Below are positions 9,479 through 20,055 of a DNA stretch of 57,602 nt, piece after piece. Location of the stretch: assembly GCA_045534025.1 (NCBI GenBank), contig JAZSIW010000062.1:1-57602 (forward strand), in the 5' to 3' direction. Position 1 is the first letter of the stretch. Each line of letters starts with the position of its first letter. The position numbers and the translations under genes were made by a program. The notes below the pieces were generated by a model, which did no database searches, had not been told where the DNA came from, and saw only the letters and a list, made by a program, of their open reading frames with translations. The DNA comes from Eubacteriales bacterium (GTDB lineage: Bacteria > Bacillota > Clostridia > Oscillospirales > CAG-382).

Positions 9479-11146
9479 TTAAGCCCCCTGTTTTAAAATT
9501 CCTAATTTAATCAGCATCGATGCAATTCTATTACCCATCGGCAACAAGCGTACCTCTTTCTCAGTAATACCCTTGATTAACAATATAACAACAACATAAA
9601 CCGCCAAGCCGACTACACCCGACACACCCAAACGGAACAGATTTACTAACCTTCCGTCCCCTTGAACAAGCCTACATAATGAATATACTCCAAAGCTTGC
9701 AAAGCCCGCCGTAACAGCGGCAAAGAAAGGTTTTGCAAACAACGTTATGGGAGAAACACATTTCACCCCTACCCGCTTAAGAGATAATATATTGATTGTA
9801 AATGCAACTATGTAACATACGAGAGTACCTATGGGAGCGCCGTAAATATTAATGCTTGTTATTTTTACTAAAATTAAATCTGAAATTATAAGACACACGG
9901 CACCAACGCATACCGATATCATAGGTAAGTACGCCTTCCCTATTGCTTGAAGCAATGCGTTTGTTGTTGACACCAACGAAATGAAAAAAATGCCTACAGC
10001 CAAAATAGATAAAGCAGTTGCCGCTAAATCCACAGGCATAACAATATTGCCACCAAGCATAACAATGGGCTCGCCCCAAGTACTGCCAAACAACACACAA
10101 ATAAGCGGTCTGGACAAAACAAATAGCAAAGCGGCACAGGGTAAAGCAATAATTCCGCTTATTCTAAGAGACGCATGGATATAATCATCGACTTCTTTTT
10201 GCTTTTTTGCCGCCAATGCGCCCGAAATCGCGGGAAGAATACTGATTGCGATAGGAAAAACAAAAGTTGAGGGCAAAAGATCTGCAAGTTTTGTCGAAAG
10301 CCCCGTATAAGCACCGTACATTTCGTTGGCAATAAATTCCGAAAAGCCTGAACTTATCAGCGCTTTTTTTACTATAATTGTATCCGCGAAATGCGACATG
10401 TACAAAGCTGAACTTGTTATTGTAACCGGCAAAGCTACAATGGCAAGTTTTTTAATTATAACACTGTTGCTGTCACAGCCATAGTCTGTAAGAGGGGTAT
10501 AAATCTTTTTGGAAAATCGGCTGTATATTATTAAATATATCATGCCAAAAAACACGCCTACAGTTATACCAAGCACTGCAAAAGCAGCTTGAACCGCCGG
10601 TGAATGACCTTGATGATGAGACCAATATGCCATTCCCAAACCTATTGTTAACTTAAAAAACGCCTCAATAAATTGAGAAACTGCCGTTGGCACCATATTC
10701 CTTAGCCCTTGCAAATAACCCCTTATGGCAGAAACTACGCAGATAAAGAACAAGGTAGGTGCAATAACTCGCATTGCATTGATGCTGTTATAATGGGTAG
10801 TCCACAGAGCAATTTTATCTGCAAAGATAAACATTGCAAAAGCAAAAACAAAACCTATAACACCAAACAGCCACATGCAAATTTTATATATTTGCTTGGC
10901 CTCGTTTGCTCTGCCGCGTTTTGCCGATGCCGCGACCAATCTCGATGTAGCAACGGGCAACCCGGCTGTTGAAACCATATATAACATTGCATACACGGAA
11001 TATGCCGCATTAAATACGGCGATTTCCCCCTGCAAAAGATTACTTAAAGGGATGCTGAAAAGCACCCCTATTATTTTCACGGCAAAATTGGATATCGATA
11101 TTATCGAAGCTTCCACTAAAAAGCTTTTATCTGTTCTTTCTCCCAT
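9479..11146 (-). CDS. MOP-superfamily flippase, SpoVB/YabM-like
   Basis: 555 aa with ~14 TM helices and the polysaccharide biosynthesis (MurJ/SpoVB) family pattern. Synteny matches yabM-yabN. Confidence 0.75.
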   Translation of the reverse strand: MGERTDKSFLVEASIISISNFAVKIIGVLFSIPLSNLLQGEIAVFNAAYSVYAMLYMVSTAGLPVATSRLVAASAKRGRANEAKQIYKICMWLFGVIGFVFAFAMFIFADKIALWTTHYNSINAMRVIAPTLFFICVVSAIRGYLQGLRNMVPTAVSQFIEAFFKLTIGLGMAYWSHHQGHSPAVQAAFAVLGITVGVFFGMIYLIIYSRFSKKIYTPLTDYGCDSNSVIIKKLAIVALPVTITSSALYMSHFADTIIVKKALISSGFSEFIANEMYGAYTGLSTKLADLLPSTFVFPIAISILPAISGALAAKKQKEVDDYIHASLRISGIIALPCAALLFVLSRPLICVLFGSTWGEPIVMLGGNIVMPVDLAATALSILAVGIFFISLVSTTNALLQAIGKAYLPMISVCVGAVCLIISDLILVKITSINIYGAPIGTLVCYIVAFTINILSLKRVGVKCVSPITLFAKPFFAAVTAGFASFGVYSLCRLVQGDGRLVNLFRLGVSGVVGLAVYVVVILLIKGITEKEVRLLPMGNRIASMLIKLGILKQGA

Positions 11147-12025
11147 TTATCCTATCCTTTTGGTTAAAAACTCCCTCATAAAAGACGTATCGGAAACCAT
11201 TTCCTTGGAAAACGAAGGCAAGGGCTCTATCATTGCAATAAGCTTATCGGCAATAGCTTTTGAAGCGCTGTTTACAGGCACTTCGGCAAGCATACGCAAA
11301 GCATCGTCTCTCATTACATAGCGTTCGTATGCGATATAAGTGTTAATAACAACGTCAGCGTTATCTTTAAAGGGAAAGATATACTTACGTGTCCCTTCTT
11401 CTACATTATCCCACATATCAATAGTTTCTTCTGCGCTCGCACTGCGTTTATAGTAATCTCTTACTATACGCCTAAGTAAACGCGGCTCGTCATATTCGTC
11501 CGTTTCGGTATGCAAATAAACCTTAAAGGTCTTTTCGGCGGGAATATAACCGCCGCAAATCTCAGGGTTTAAAGCGTGCAAGCCTTCGACAATACACAAC
11601 TCATCGTCTTCAAGGCTCATCGGTTCAAGCACTTCGTTCCTCCGTCTCTTTTTGAAGTCAAACTTAGGCATATAAGCCGTTCGTCCTTCACAAAGGGCAG
11701 AGAAACACTCATGCAAATACTCTAAATCAAGACTTTCGGGGCATTCAAAATCAGGAGTCCCGTCAGCGTTATATTTTATTACATCCTCGGGATTTCTGTA
11801 AAAGTCGTCAAGGGATATAAGCTCCGTCTTTCTGCCATGCTCTGCAAGATAGTGAGCCAAGCGCTCCGTCGTAGGAGTTTTTCCTGCGCAAGAACCACCT
11901 GTTACAAAAATCATCTTAACGGTTGGCTTTTGCAAAATCTGTTTTGCTGCGTCAAGCACAGCATCTTCATAATACGCTTCATCCTCTGCAAATGCTTTTT
12001 GCATATCAAAGAAATACTTATCCAT
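11147..12025 (-). CDS. uridine kinase/phosphoribulokinase-family P-loop kinase
   Basis: Walker A motif VTGGSCAGKT and an LDDFY motif. I moved the start to ATG 12025 (MDKYF) because GGTGG lies 5 nt upstream. ATGGATAA overlaps the hemZ-like stop. Confidence 0.7.
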   Translation of the reverse strand: MDKYFFDMQKAFAEDEAYYEDAVLDAAKQILQKPTVKMIFVTGGSCAGKTPTTERLAHYLAEHGRKTELISLDDFYRNPEDVIKYNADGTPDFECPESLDLEYLHECFSALCEGRTAYMPKFDFKKRRRNEVLEPMSLEDDELCIVEGLHALNPEICGGYIPAEKTFKVYLHTETDEYDEPRLLRRIVRDYYKRSASAEETIDMWDNVEEGTRKYIFPFKDNADVVINTYIAYERYVMRDDALRMLAEVPVNSASKAIADKLIAMIEPLPSFSKEMVSDTSFMREFLTKRIG

Positions 12026-13505
12026 TATTACCACCATTAAAAAAACTGTATATCTTATCCTCGCCTATACCGTGAGGGGCGGCAAGGTATTCAAACGGAT
12101 ATTTAGGGAATGCTATACGCTCTATTTTACCGCCGTCGGGCGCAACAAGCTTTGTTATGGCAGAGGCGCCGCAAGCAAAGACCGTATTAGTTTCCTCCAT
12201 CATCAAAACATTATAATCACACTCGGTACCGGGTATTGCATACCCTACATTTTCCGCGTTACCAACGGTATTTTTTTGCCTGTAAAGATAGTAAGGTTTC
12301 AGACCTGCTTTTTCTAAACGTTTATAGCTATGAGATACACATTTGCGTGCATTCGTCCCGTCTGCATCGTAGACCTCGCTCTCGTCAAAACGCATAGGTG
12401 CCGCATTCTTCACGGAAAGAGTGTGGACGGTTATATTGTTAAACCCAAGACCGATAAGGTCCTCAAGGCTTTTATAAAAGCCTTCAAAATCATCACCGGG
12501 TAAGCCGGCTATAAGGTCACCGTTTACGGATTTAAAACCAACAGAAAGTGCAGCCTCTGCAGCGTCAAAAAACTGTTTTGAACTGTGTGCCCTGCCAATC
12601 CTCTTTAAAACGTCATCTCTTGTAGTTTGAGGATTAACGCTTACTCTATCAACACCGTAGCTCTTTACAAGCGCAAGTTTGGAAGCGTTTGTGGTATCAG
12701 GTCTGCCCGATTCAAAAGTAAACTCATTGAGCCTTGAAAGGTCAAACTTTTCGGTAACCCTGTCCAAAATGCGACCTATTTGGGCTTCGTTTAAAACAGA
12801 AGGTGTGCCACCGCCTATATAAATTGAGCGGAGGTTGAATCCGGTATTTTTAATAGCCTCTGCAGTTCTTATTAAATCCTCGTCAAGTCTGTCAAGATAA
12901 TCGGGTATAGTTTTGAAAAGCTTATCATTGCTGTAGGACACAAAGGAACAGTATTCACACCTTGTAGGGCAAAACGGCACTGCAATATAAAGGCAGCAGT
13001 CTTTATATCCGTATGTCTTAAGCATCTTAGCTTCTGTGTTCGCTATATCAAGGCTAAGACGGGTTTTTTCTTCCGCCACTTTATAATCCTTGGTAAACAA
13101 ACTGTACACGGTATGCTCATCATAACCCTTGTCGAGATAATATCTGGCACGTTTAACAGGTCGTAACCCTGTCAAATACCCCCAAGGAGGCAAAAATCCA
13201 AAAAGCTTGCTTCCTGCTTCTAAATATGCAACTCCGACTGCCGCCTGAGCGGTAAAAGCACCGTCGACAGGAATAGTAAAATCCTCATTAGACAACACAG
13301 AAGCTCCTTCGGCGCACTTATGTCCGGCAAAAAGCTTGACTTTAGCACATATCTTGCCGTCAACCTCCGAAAGAGAAAAATACGCCTTATTATCCGCCTC
13401 TGTGATGCCTGGTGGAAACTTTTCCCCCGGAAAATACAGCATACACAAAGTTTGAAAATGGTAATCGTTTAAATAATTTGTTTTATTATCAATGTTTAAA
13501 ACCAT
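12018..13505 (-). CDS. HemZ-like radical SAM protein (coproporphyrinogen dehydrogenase family)
   Basis: 495 aa. The radical SAM cluster motif CPTRCEYCSF follows a long N-terminal extension, as in HemZ. Confidence 0.8.
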   Translation of the reverse strand: MVLNIDNKTNYLNDYHFQTLCMLYFPGEKFPPGITEADNKAYFSLSEVDGKICAKVKLFAGHKCAEGASVLSNEDFTIPVDGAFTAQAAVGVAYLEAGSKLFGFLPPWGYLTGLRPVKRARYYLDKGYDEHTVYSLFTKDYKVAEEKTRLSLDIANTEAKMLKTYGYKDCCLYIAVPFCPTRCEYCSFVSYSNDKLFKTIPDYLDRLDEDLIRTAEAIKNTGFNLRSIYIGGGTPSVLNEAQIGRILDRVTEKFDLSRLNEFTFESGRPDTTNASKLALVKSYGVDRVSVNPQTTRDDVLKRIGRAHSSKQFFDAAEAALSVGFKSVNGDLIAGLPGDDFEGFYKSLEDLIGLGFNNITVHTLSVKNAAPMRFDESEVYDADGTNARKCVSHSYKRLEKAGLKPYYLYRQKNTVGNAENVGYAIPGTECDYNVLMMEETNTVFACGASAITKLVAPDGGKIERIAFPKYPFEYLAAPHGIGEDKIYSFFNGGNNG

Positions 13506-13507
13506 AA

Positions 13508-13951
13508 TTATAATTCGTCCGTATCAACTATAACGGTAACAGGGCCGTTATTAACAACCTCCACACGCATATCACCGCCAAAAACACCGCCTTTGCATTC
13601 AACTGTATCATTTAACAGTTTAAGCACATACTCGTATAAAGGTTCAGCAACCGCCCCGCTTGCAGATTTCATAAAATCAGGTCTGTAACCATGCCTGACA
13701 CTTCCGTACAACGTGAAATTGGAAACAAGTAAGATTTTCCCTCCCACATCGGAAACAGAACGACACATTTTATCATTTTCGTCAGAAAAAATTCTTATAC
13801 CCGCAACCTTACGGACTAGCTTTTTTGCAGTTTCCTCGGTATCCTCTTTACTTATACCAAGAAACACCAAAAGCCCTTCATCGATGGACGAAATCAAACT
13901 CCCGCCCACCGAAACAGATGCAGAAAATACCCTTTGAACAACAGCTCTCAT
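13508..13951 (-). CDS. dtd: D-aminoacyl-tRNA deacylase
   Basis: 147 aa. MRAVVQRV...SNFTLYG...GPVT is the Dtd signature, and the gene follows relA as in many Firmicutes. Confidence 0.95.
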   Translation of the reverse strand: MRAVVQRVFSASVSVGGSLISSIDEGLLVFLGISKEDTEETAKKLVRKVAGIRIFSDENDKMCRSVSDVGGKILLVSNFTLYGSVRHGYRPDFMKSASGAVAEPLYEYVLKLLNDTVECKGGVFGGDMRVEVVNNGPVTVIVDTDEL

Positions 13952-16152
13952 TAGCCACCTCTTACAACATCAGTTACATTTTTCAATCGCTTTAAACCCG
14001 ACATAATAGAACGCAAATGTTCTATATTGCTGCACTTCAAAGAAGCTTCGACTGTGCAGGTATCACCTTTTCTGAAAATAGAAATTGTGCTTACTGAAAC
14101 GTTCATATCGGTAAGCGCCAAGGTAATGTCTGCAAGCAAAGTTTTGTTAAAAATGGCAAAAATGGTTATGAGAGCATCATAATTGCCAATATGCTTCTCG
14201 GGTGAGATTGCACGATCGTTCCAAGACGCAACAATCCACCTATCTGCCTGCAAAGGATCATTCATACCCGCAACAGCGTTCGGACAATCAAATTTGTGTA
14301 TCGAAACTCCGTGCCCTTTTGTTATGAAGCCAATAATTGTATCGCCCGGTATAGGGCTGCAACACTTTGCGTATTTAACTTCGCAATTTTCAACACTGTC
14401 TATAATTACACTTTGAGAATCGGAATAAAGCTTTGACGCTCTTTGCAGTTGAGGCTGTTTCGTTACATCCTGGCCTGCATCGGGATTAATAACACGTTCA
14501 AATTCATCCCTAAGCTTCATCGCTATTTTCGAAATTGTAAGACCGCCATAGCCTATGTTGTTGTATAGGTCATCGGCATCGTTAAGGCCAATTCTTGTTG
14601 CGATATTTCCAACAATTTCTGTCTTCTGCGAATCCGAAAAAGCTTTTCCGTAACGCTTAAGTTCGCGGTCTATTTCCATCTTGCCAAGGGCAATATTTTC
14701 GCTTCGTTTTTCCTTTTTGTAATATTGGCGTATCTTGTTACGAGCTTCGCTTGTCCTTACTATTTTAAGCCAATCTCTGCTTGGGCCTTTAGAAACCGTC
14801 GAGGTAAGCACTTCTACGATTTGACCCGTTTGCAATTTGCAATCTATCGGAACAATATTGCCGTTGATTTTTGCACCAACCATTTTGTTGCCAACAGCAG
14901 AATGTATTGCATACGCAAAGTCTATTGGCGTGCTGTCGCAAGGCAAGTTTACAACATCACCTTTAGGGGTGAATACAAAAATTTCATCCTCGAACAAATC
15001 GATCTTTAAAGGGCCGATAAGCTCATCCGGATCATTCAACCCCCTATCAGATTCAAGCAAAGTCCTTATCCAATAAAGCTTTTCATCAATATCTTTCTTG
15101 GCCTGTTCACCAATTTTATACTTCCAATGAGCAGCAAGGCCATATTCCGCAACCGTATGCATATCCCATGTTCTTATTTGCACCTCGAATGGTATGCCTT
15201 CATGACCCATAACCGTGGTATGCAAAGACCTGTACATATTGGGCTTAGGGTTAGAAATATAATCCTTAAATCTGTTTGGAATACTTTTAAACTGCTCGTG
15301 TATTGTACCAAGCGCAGCATAACAGTCCAACTCATTGTCAACGATTATTCGCATCGCATAAAAATCATATATTTCATCAAAGGTTTTCCCTTGATTAAAC
15401 ATTTTTTTATAGATACTGAAAATTGATTTTACACGCCCCTCAAGGTGATATTTTATATTATATGCCGCAAGGTTTTCTTCAACCATCAGTCTGGCACGAT
15501 CAAGAAACCCTTTGTTCTCGCCATATCGTCTTTCTATATCACTCTTAACTTCCTCATAGCCAACAGGGTCAAGGTATTTCAAGGATAAATTTTCAAGTTC
15601 GTGCTTGATTTTTTGTATCCCCAAGCGATGGGCAAGGGGGGCATAGATATGCATTGTTTCCAACGCAATCGATCTTTGCTTTTCCTCACTTTTAAAATCA
15701 AGCGTACGCATATTGTGCAAACGATCCGCAAGCTTCACAAATATTACACGAAGGTCTTTCGACATGGCAAGGAACATTTTTCTTAGATTTTCAACATTCT
15801 CTTTTTCCTTGTCGTCAAAGGTAATGTGTATAAGCTTGGTGATCCCATCAACAATGTCAGCTACATCGCTGCCGAAAGTCTTTTTTATCTTTAACAAGAT
15901 ATTATCCATCTTGTCAGAACAATCTTCAACGGTGTCGTGTAACAAAGCGGCACATACAGAATCCGTATCAAGCTGAAGCTCTACAACAACTTCTGCAACA
16001 GACAGAGGATGGGTTATATAAGGGTCTCCGGATCGGCGCACCTGTCCCTTATGCAACTCGTCCGCAAAATTGTACGCCATCTTTATTTTCTCCGAGTCTA
16101 AATACGCCTTATCTTTTATTAAATCAAGTAATTCTTCAATTGTGCGTAACAA
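13951..16152 (-). CDS. relA: bifunctional (p)ppGpp synthetase/hydrolase
   Basis: 733 aa with the HD hydrolase (HPLSVA...LHDTVED), synthetase (YRSLHTTV), TGS and ACT regions all visible. Confidence 0.95.
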   Translation of the reverse strand: MLRTIEELLDLIKDKAYLDSEKIKMAYNFADELHKGQVRRSGDPYITHPLSVAEVVVELQLDTDSVCAALLHDTVEDCSDKMDNILLKIKKTFGSDVADIVDGITKLIHITFDDKEKENVENLRKMFLAMSKDLRVIFVKLADRLHNMRTLDFKSEEKQRSIALETMHIYAPLAHRLGIQKIKHELENLSLKYLDPVGYEEVKSDIERRYGENKGFLDRARLMVEENLAAYNIKYHLEGRVKSIFSIYKKMFNQGKTFDEIYDFYAMRIIVDNELDCYAALGTIHEQFKSIPNRFKDYISNPKPNMYRSLHTTVMGHEGIPFEVQIRTWDMHTVAEYGLAAHWKYKIGEQAKKDIDEKLYWIRTLLESDRGLNDPDELIGPLKIDLFEDEIFVFTPKGDVVNLPCDSTPIDFAYAIHSAVGNKMVGAKINGNIVPIDCKLQTGQIVEVLTSTVSKGPSRDWLKIVRTSEARNKIRQYYKKEKRSENIALGKMEIDRELKRYGKAFSDSQKTEIVGNIATRIGLNDADDLYNNIGYGGLTISKIAMKLRDEFERVINPDAGQDVTKQPQLQRASKLYSDSQSVIIDSVENCEVKYAKCCSPIPGDTIIGFITKGHGVSIHKFDCPNAVAGMNDPLQADRWIVASWNDRAISPEKHIGNYDALITIFAIFNKTLLADITLALTDMNVSVSTISIFRKGDTCTVEASLKCSNIEHLRSIMSGLKRLKNVTDVVRGG

Positions 16153-16174
16153 CTTTGCTCACCTCCGAAATTTG

Positions 16175-18274
16175 TTAATAAAACTTGTGGTTATTTTTAA
16201 TCTGTATTAAAAGCGGCGACCTATCCAAATTAATTTTCTCCTTAAAAGGCAACAGATAAACTTCTGCCATTTTTCCGCTATCCAAAAGCTCGTATTCAGC
16301 AAGATTGCATTCCTTTAAAACATCAAATATTATAAGCAACGAACAAAGGCTAACGCCTCCGCAATCGCTTGCGTCTTTCATTTTTCTTTGTATGTAACTG
16401 AAAGAAAGCTTCTTCTTTTTTTCACCAAGCTCCATCTTCAAAAATCTAAAAACAGACCTAAACTGCGAAAGGGTGGGTAAAGAATCAGCGGGGAGCTCGA
16501 CCTTGTTATTGGGATCAATCGCAGAAGCGTAATATGCTAATTGTGTTTTATTTTCGGCCTCTGCAGCAAAACTATACCTCATATTTTTCACGTACAGCTT
16601 TGCTTCGCTCACTCCTCTGAATTCATTTACTTCTAACGTAAACAACAAATCACAACGATCGCCGACTCTATAAGGAAATTCGCTGAACTTCATGTTGAAA
16701 TAAATAGCAGTTAATTTAGTAGGAGCATCTTTACATTCCAATAAAAGCTTAACATGCTTGCCTGACGCCAACGCCGTAATTTCAGATATGCACGCATCTC
16801 TCAAAAGCAACAACGGTACAGGATTTTGTAATCCAAAAGGTTCAAGCTTACATAGTTCGTACGCCTGTTTTAACGTAAGCTCTGAAGCAGAAACACAACT
16901 GTCGGCTTCTATCACCGCAGCTTCTTTTGCGTCTTTGACCTTTTTAAAAGCATATTCATTAATCCGTGTACAAAACGCCTCTAAATTCTCACGTCGTATT
17001 GTAAGCCCCGCTGCTAATTCATGTCCACCGTATTCTTCCAAAAGCTCGTGGCAGTGTTTCAATGCATCCAACATAGAAAAGCCTTTTATGCTTCTACCGC
17101 TCCCTTTTCCGACTTCTCCGTCAAAACTGAACAGTATGGATGGTTGTGAGCTTTTTTCGGTAATTCTTGATGCAACAACACCGATCACGCCTTGATGCCA
17201 ACCGTCCGAACTTAAAACATAAACATTGTCGCCTTTGCGTTCTTCCAATTGATGTTGCACTTCTTCGTATATCTTTTGCTCTGTGTTCTGGCGTTCTTTA
17301 TTTATTGCACATAATTCTTCTGCCAATCTCTCAGCTGCTTCTTGGCTATCGACAAGCAAAAGCTCTACTGCGCTTTTGGCGTTTTTAATACGTCCTGCAG
17401 CGTTAATTCTTGGAGCAATAGTAAAACCAATATTAACGGAATTAACTTTTTTGTTTTCGCTGTTTTTAAGATTACACTGCTCCATCAAAGCCTTTAGGCC
17501 AAGATTTTTTGTGTTTTGTAACTTGTTGATACCAATAGCTGTAATATATCTGTTTTCATCCACAATCGGCATGACATCGGCTATGGTACCGATGGCAATT
17601 ATGTCGCCAAACCTTTCTATGACGGCATCCGTATTTCCTTCCAAAGCCGAAAGCAACTTATAAACAACGCCAACCCCTGCCAAATGTTTGAATGGGTAAT
17701 TGCAATCCGGCCTGTGCGGGTCAACAACCGCACAAGCGTTCGGCAACACTTCGCGACAGCTGTGATGATCTGTTATTACCATATCAATGCCTAAAGAATT
17801 GGCATATTCCGTCTCTTCGACTGCGGTAATACCCGTATCGACCGTGATAATCAAATCTGTTTTCCCGGACAAGGCAGAAATCGCTTTTTTATTAAGACCA
17901 TACCCGTCTTCCAGCCTCCCCGGAATAAAATAATCACAAGGAACTCCGCGCTCGGTTAAATATATATATAAAATAGTTGTGGCGGTAACACCGTCCACAT
18001 CATAGTCACCGTATATGCAAACACGTTCCTTGTTTTTTATTGCATTTTTAATACGAGCAACCGCCTTATCCATGTCTTTTAGCAAAAACGGGTCATATCT
18101 GCACCCCAAATTGCAATTGATAAACGCCTTCGCACTACTACAGTTATCTTGACCCCTTGTGCAAAGCAAGCGTGCCGTAAGCGGCAAAAGCCCAAGCTGC
18201 TCTGTCAAAGCTTTGGCTTTTTCTGCATCAAAAGGTTTAACTCTCCATTGTTTATCCACAAATATATCATCCAA
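16175..18274 (-). CDS. recJ: single-stranded-DNA-specific exonuclease RecJ
   Basis: 699 aa with DHH motifs (YGDYDVDG, DTGIT, ITDHH) and DHHA1 (GGHELAAG). TTG start. Confidence 0.93.
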   Translation of the reverse strand: MDDIFVDKQWRVKPFDAEKAKALTEQLGLLPLTARLLCTRGQDNCSSAKAFINCNLGCRYDPFLLKDMDKAVARIKNAIKNKERVCIYGDYDVDGVTATTILYIYLTERGVPCDYFIPGRLEDGYGLNKKAISALSGKTDLIITVDTGITAVEETEYANSLGIDMVITDHHSCREVLPNACAVVDPHRPDCNYPFKHLAGVGVVYKLLSALEGNTDAVIERFGDIIAIGTIADVMPIVDENRYITAIGINKLQNTKNLGLKALMEQCNLKNSENKKVNSVNIGFTIAPRINAAGRIKNAKSAVELLLVDSQEAAERLAEELCAINKERQNTEQKIYEEVQHQLEERKGDNVYVLSSDGWHQGVIGVVASRITEKSSQPSILFSFDGEVGKGSGRSIKGFSMLDALKHCHELLEEYGGHELAAGLTIRRENLEAFCTRINEYAFKKVKDAKEAAVIEADSCVSASELTLKQAYELCKLEPFGLQNPVPLLLLRDACISEITALASGKHVKLLLECKDAPTKLTAIYFNMKFSEFPYRVGDRCDLLFTLEVNEFRGVSEAKLYVKNMRYSFAAEAENKTQLAYYASAIDPNNKVELPADSLPTLSQFRSVFRFLKMELGEKKKKLSFSYIQRKMKDASDCGGVSLCSLLIIFDVLKECNLAEYELLDSGKMAEVYLLPFKEKINLDRSPLLIQIKNNHKFY

Positions 18275-18277
18275 TCG

Positions 18278-18679
18278 TCAATACTTTTTTATAATTTTAT
18301 AATCGTTGCCTGCAATTATTCTTTTACCAAGAGTTAAATACAAAACTGCAAAACTTATGACCGCAACACCAATAGAAACAAGCGCCAAGACTGCTGCGCT
18401 GACAACATCCCAAAGAAAAGCGCAACACACACCTGCTAATACAGGAGGAACCATAAAAACCAAAAAGCAAATCAGCAGTATCCTAAAGGCAGAACTTTCA
18501 ACCCAAACAACATCCCCGATTTGGGCCGAAATTGAATTCTCCACCGTTATGTTGTGACTTACCTTTTTGTGACAAGAAGCACAGCTTGCACTGCACCCCG
18601 CACACGCAGATTGTTGAACAACAGAAACGATAGCATGCTCTCTTTCAATGGCAACGATAACACCTTCGGCTCTCATCAC
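18278..18679 (-). CDS. RseC/MucC-family membrane protein with an N-terminal Cys cluster
   Basis: 133 aa with an SACAGCSASCASC motif followed by two TM helices. The ATGA start overlaps the cdaR stop. Confidence 0.7.
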   Translation of the reverse strand: MMRAEGVIVAIEREHAIVSVVQQSACAGCSASCASCHKKVSHNITVENSISAQIGDVVWVESSAFRILLICFLVFMVPPVLAGVCCAFLWDVVSAAVLALVSIGVAVISFAVLYLTLGKRIIAGNDYKIIKKY

Positions 18680-20055
18680 TGTCCCTCATTATTATGTGCA
18701 TTCAAGCTTTCATCGGCACTTTCGTCCGAATTTTCGCCGGAACTTTCCTCTACAGGATCATAAGTTATCTCCAACGAAACATATATTTCATCAGGAGTAA
18801 AGACGTCACTAACCAAAGAGTCCGGACTTTCCAATACAACATCTGTAAGTGTAAAGGTTTCACCGGGGTCATAGGACGCGTTGTAGGAATCTAAAACTGT
18901 ATTTAGATCCACTTCCAAAACCAGTTTCTGTAAAGTAAGCTTATTTACGCTTTCGCGAAGACCTATGAATGTAACCTGTGTCATATCGCCGTATACATCG
19001 TCATTGACCCGTATGCCTGTAACATTAACAATATAATCCTTAGAGTTAATGAAACTTATATCATCTTTGTTTACGTCCAGTTCTTTATATGATATCAAAG
19101 TATGTCTTATTGATACTTCAACTTCATCTGTTTCGTTTGCATATTCTACATTAACATATTTGGACAAATCGGGCAATTCTACTTTACATACGTAATCAGA
19201 ACCTAAAATATCCCGTTCGTCTATTTCTAATTCCACGTTGTTTTTTGATTCCAAAGTCTTCAAAGGACCAACAATAGTTACTGTAGAGGGGTTGCAATGA
19301 ATTTCAGCACCGGAAGTTTCCACATTGTATATTCCGCCGATAAACTTAACGTCTACATCAAGTTCTTTTCTTGTAAAGACGTCTATATATACTTTTGCTT
19401 CGGTTTGATCCAAGTCCAAATAGGTTTGGGGAATAACATTACCGTCAGCATCTTTTAATACTATTTTACCCATTACGTAACAGTCGCCTTCAATTTTGCC
19501 CGCATCCTCACACACCTCTGCTGTAGCAATGCTGTTGACAAGGCTTGCAGAACCCGTTATTTTAACAGAACCGGGAACACAACTTGTTTCGATAAAGTTA
19601 GGTTGGGATATAGAATGCTTTATATCTGCTTTAATAGACACATCCCTGATCACCGATTCTACCAAAACAACTGAAATTTTTGGTATGTCTCTATTGTTAA
19701 CAACTGTTACACCTTTGGGTAGTTTTTCAAACTGCACTTCAAACGCCCTGTTTGTTTCTTCTTTAATACCGGAAAGATCTATAAAAGCGTGTAAGTCTTT
19801 GGCGCTCATTCCCTCAACATCTGCTTTTCTTCCGCTAACCTTAACAGTTATATAATTATTAAGGCCCGATTCTACAGATAAGTTTTCGTTGGAAGGCAAA
19901 ATCAAATCAACTTTTACGTTCTTAATCTCCTCTTCTGTAATTCTGTCGTAATCGGCAACATAAAACCACAAAGTTAAAGAACAAGCAAAAGCAATTAAGA
20001 TATATCCCATTGTAGACCAACTACGCATCTTTATCCTCCTTACTGTGTCTGCCAA
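18676..20055 (-). CDS. cdaR: YbbR-domain protein, diadenylate cyclase regulator CdaR
   Basis: 459 aa with one N-terminal TM helix, repeated YbbR-like beta domains and an acidic tail. It overlaps the cdaA end. An alternative start is at 20028. Confidence 0.85.
   Translation of the reverse strand: MADTVRRIKMRSWSTMGYILIAFACSLTLWFYVADYDRITEEEIKNVKVDLILPSNENLSVESGLNNYITVKVSGRKADVEGMSAKDLHAFIDLSGIKEETNRAFEVQFEKLPKGVTVVNNRDIPKISVVLVESVIRDVSIKADIKHSISQPNFIETSCVPGSVKITGSASLVNSIATAEVCEDAGKIEGDCYVMGKIVLKDADGNVIPQTYLDLDQTEAKVYIDVFTRKELDVDVKFIGGIYNVETSGAEIHCNPSTVTIVGPLKTLESKNNVELEIDERDILGSDYVCKVELPDLSKYVNVEYANETDEVEVSIRHTLISYKELDVNKDDISFINSKDYIVNVTGIRVNDDVYGDMTQVTFIGLRESVNKLTLQKLVLEVDLNTVLDSYNASYDPGETFTLTDVVLESPDSLVSDVFTPDEIYVSLEITYDPVEESSGENSDESADESLNAHNNEGQ

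Noticed and set aside
18252-18260. Perfect DnaA box TTATCCACA
   Set aside because: It is a single copy inside the first codons of recJ, with no cluster of boxes, AT-rich unwinding element or dnaA/dnaN nearby, so it is most likely chance.
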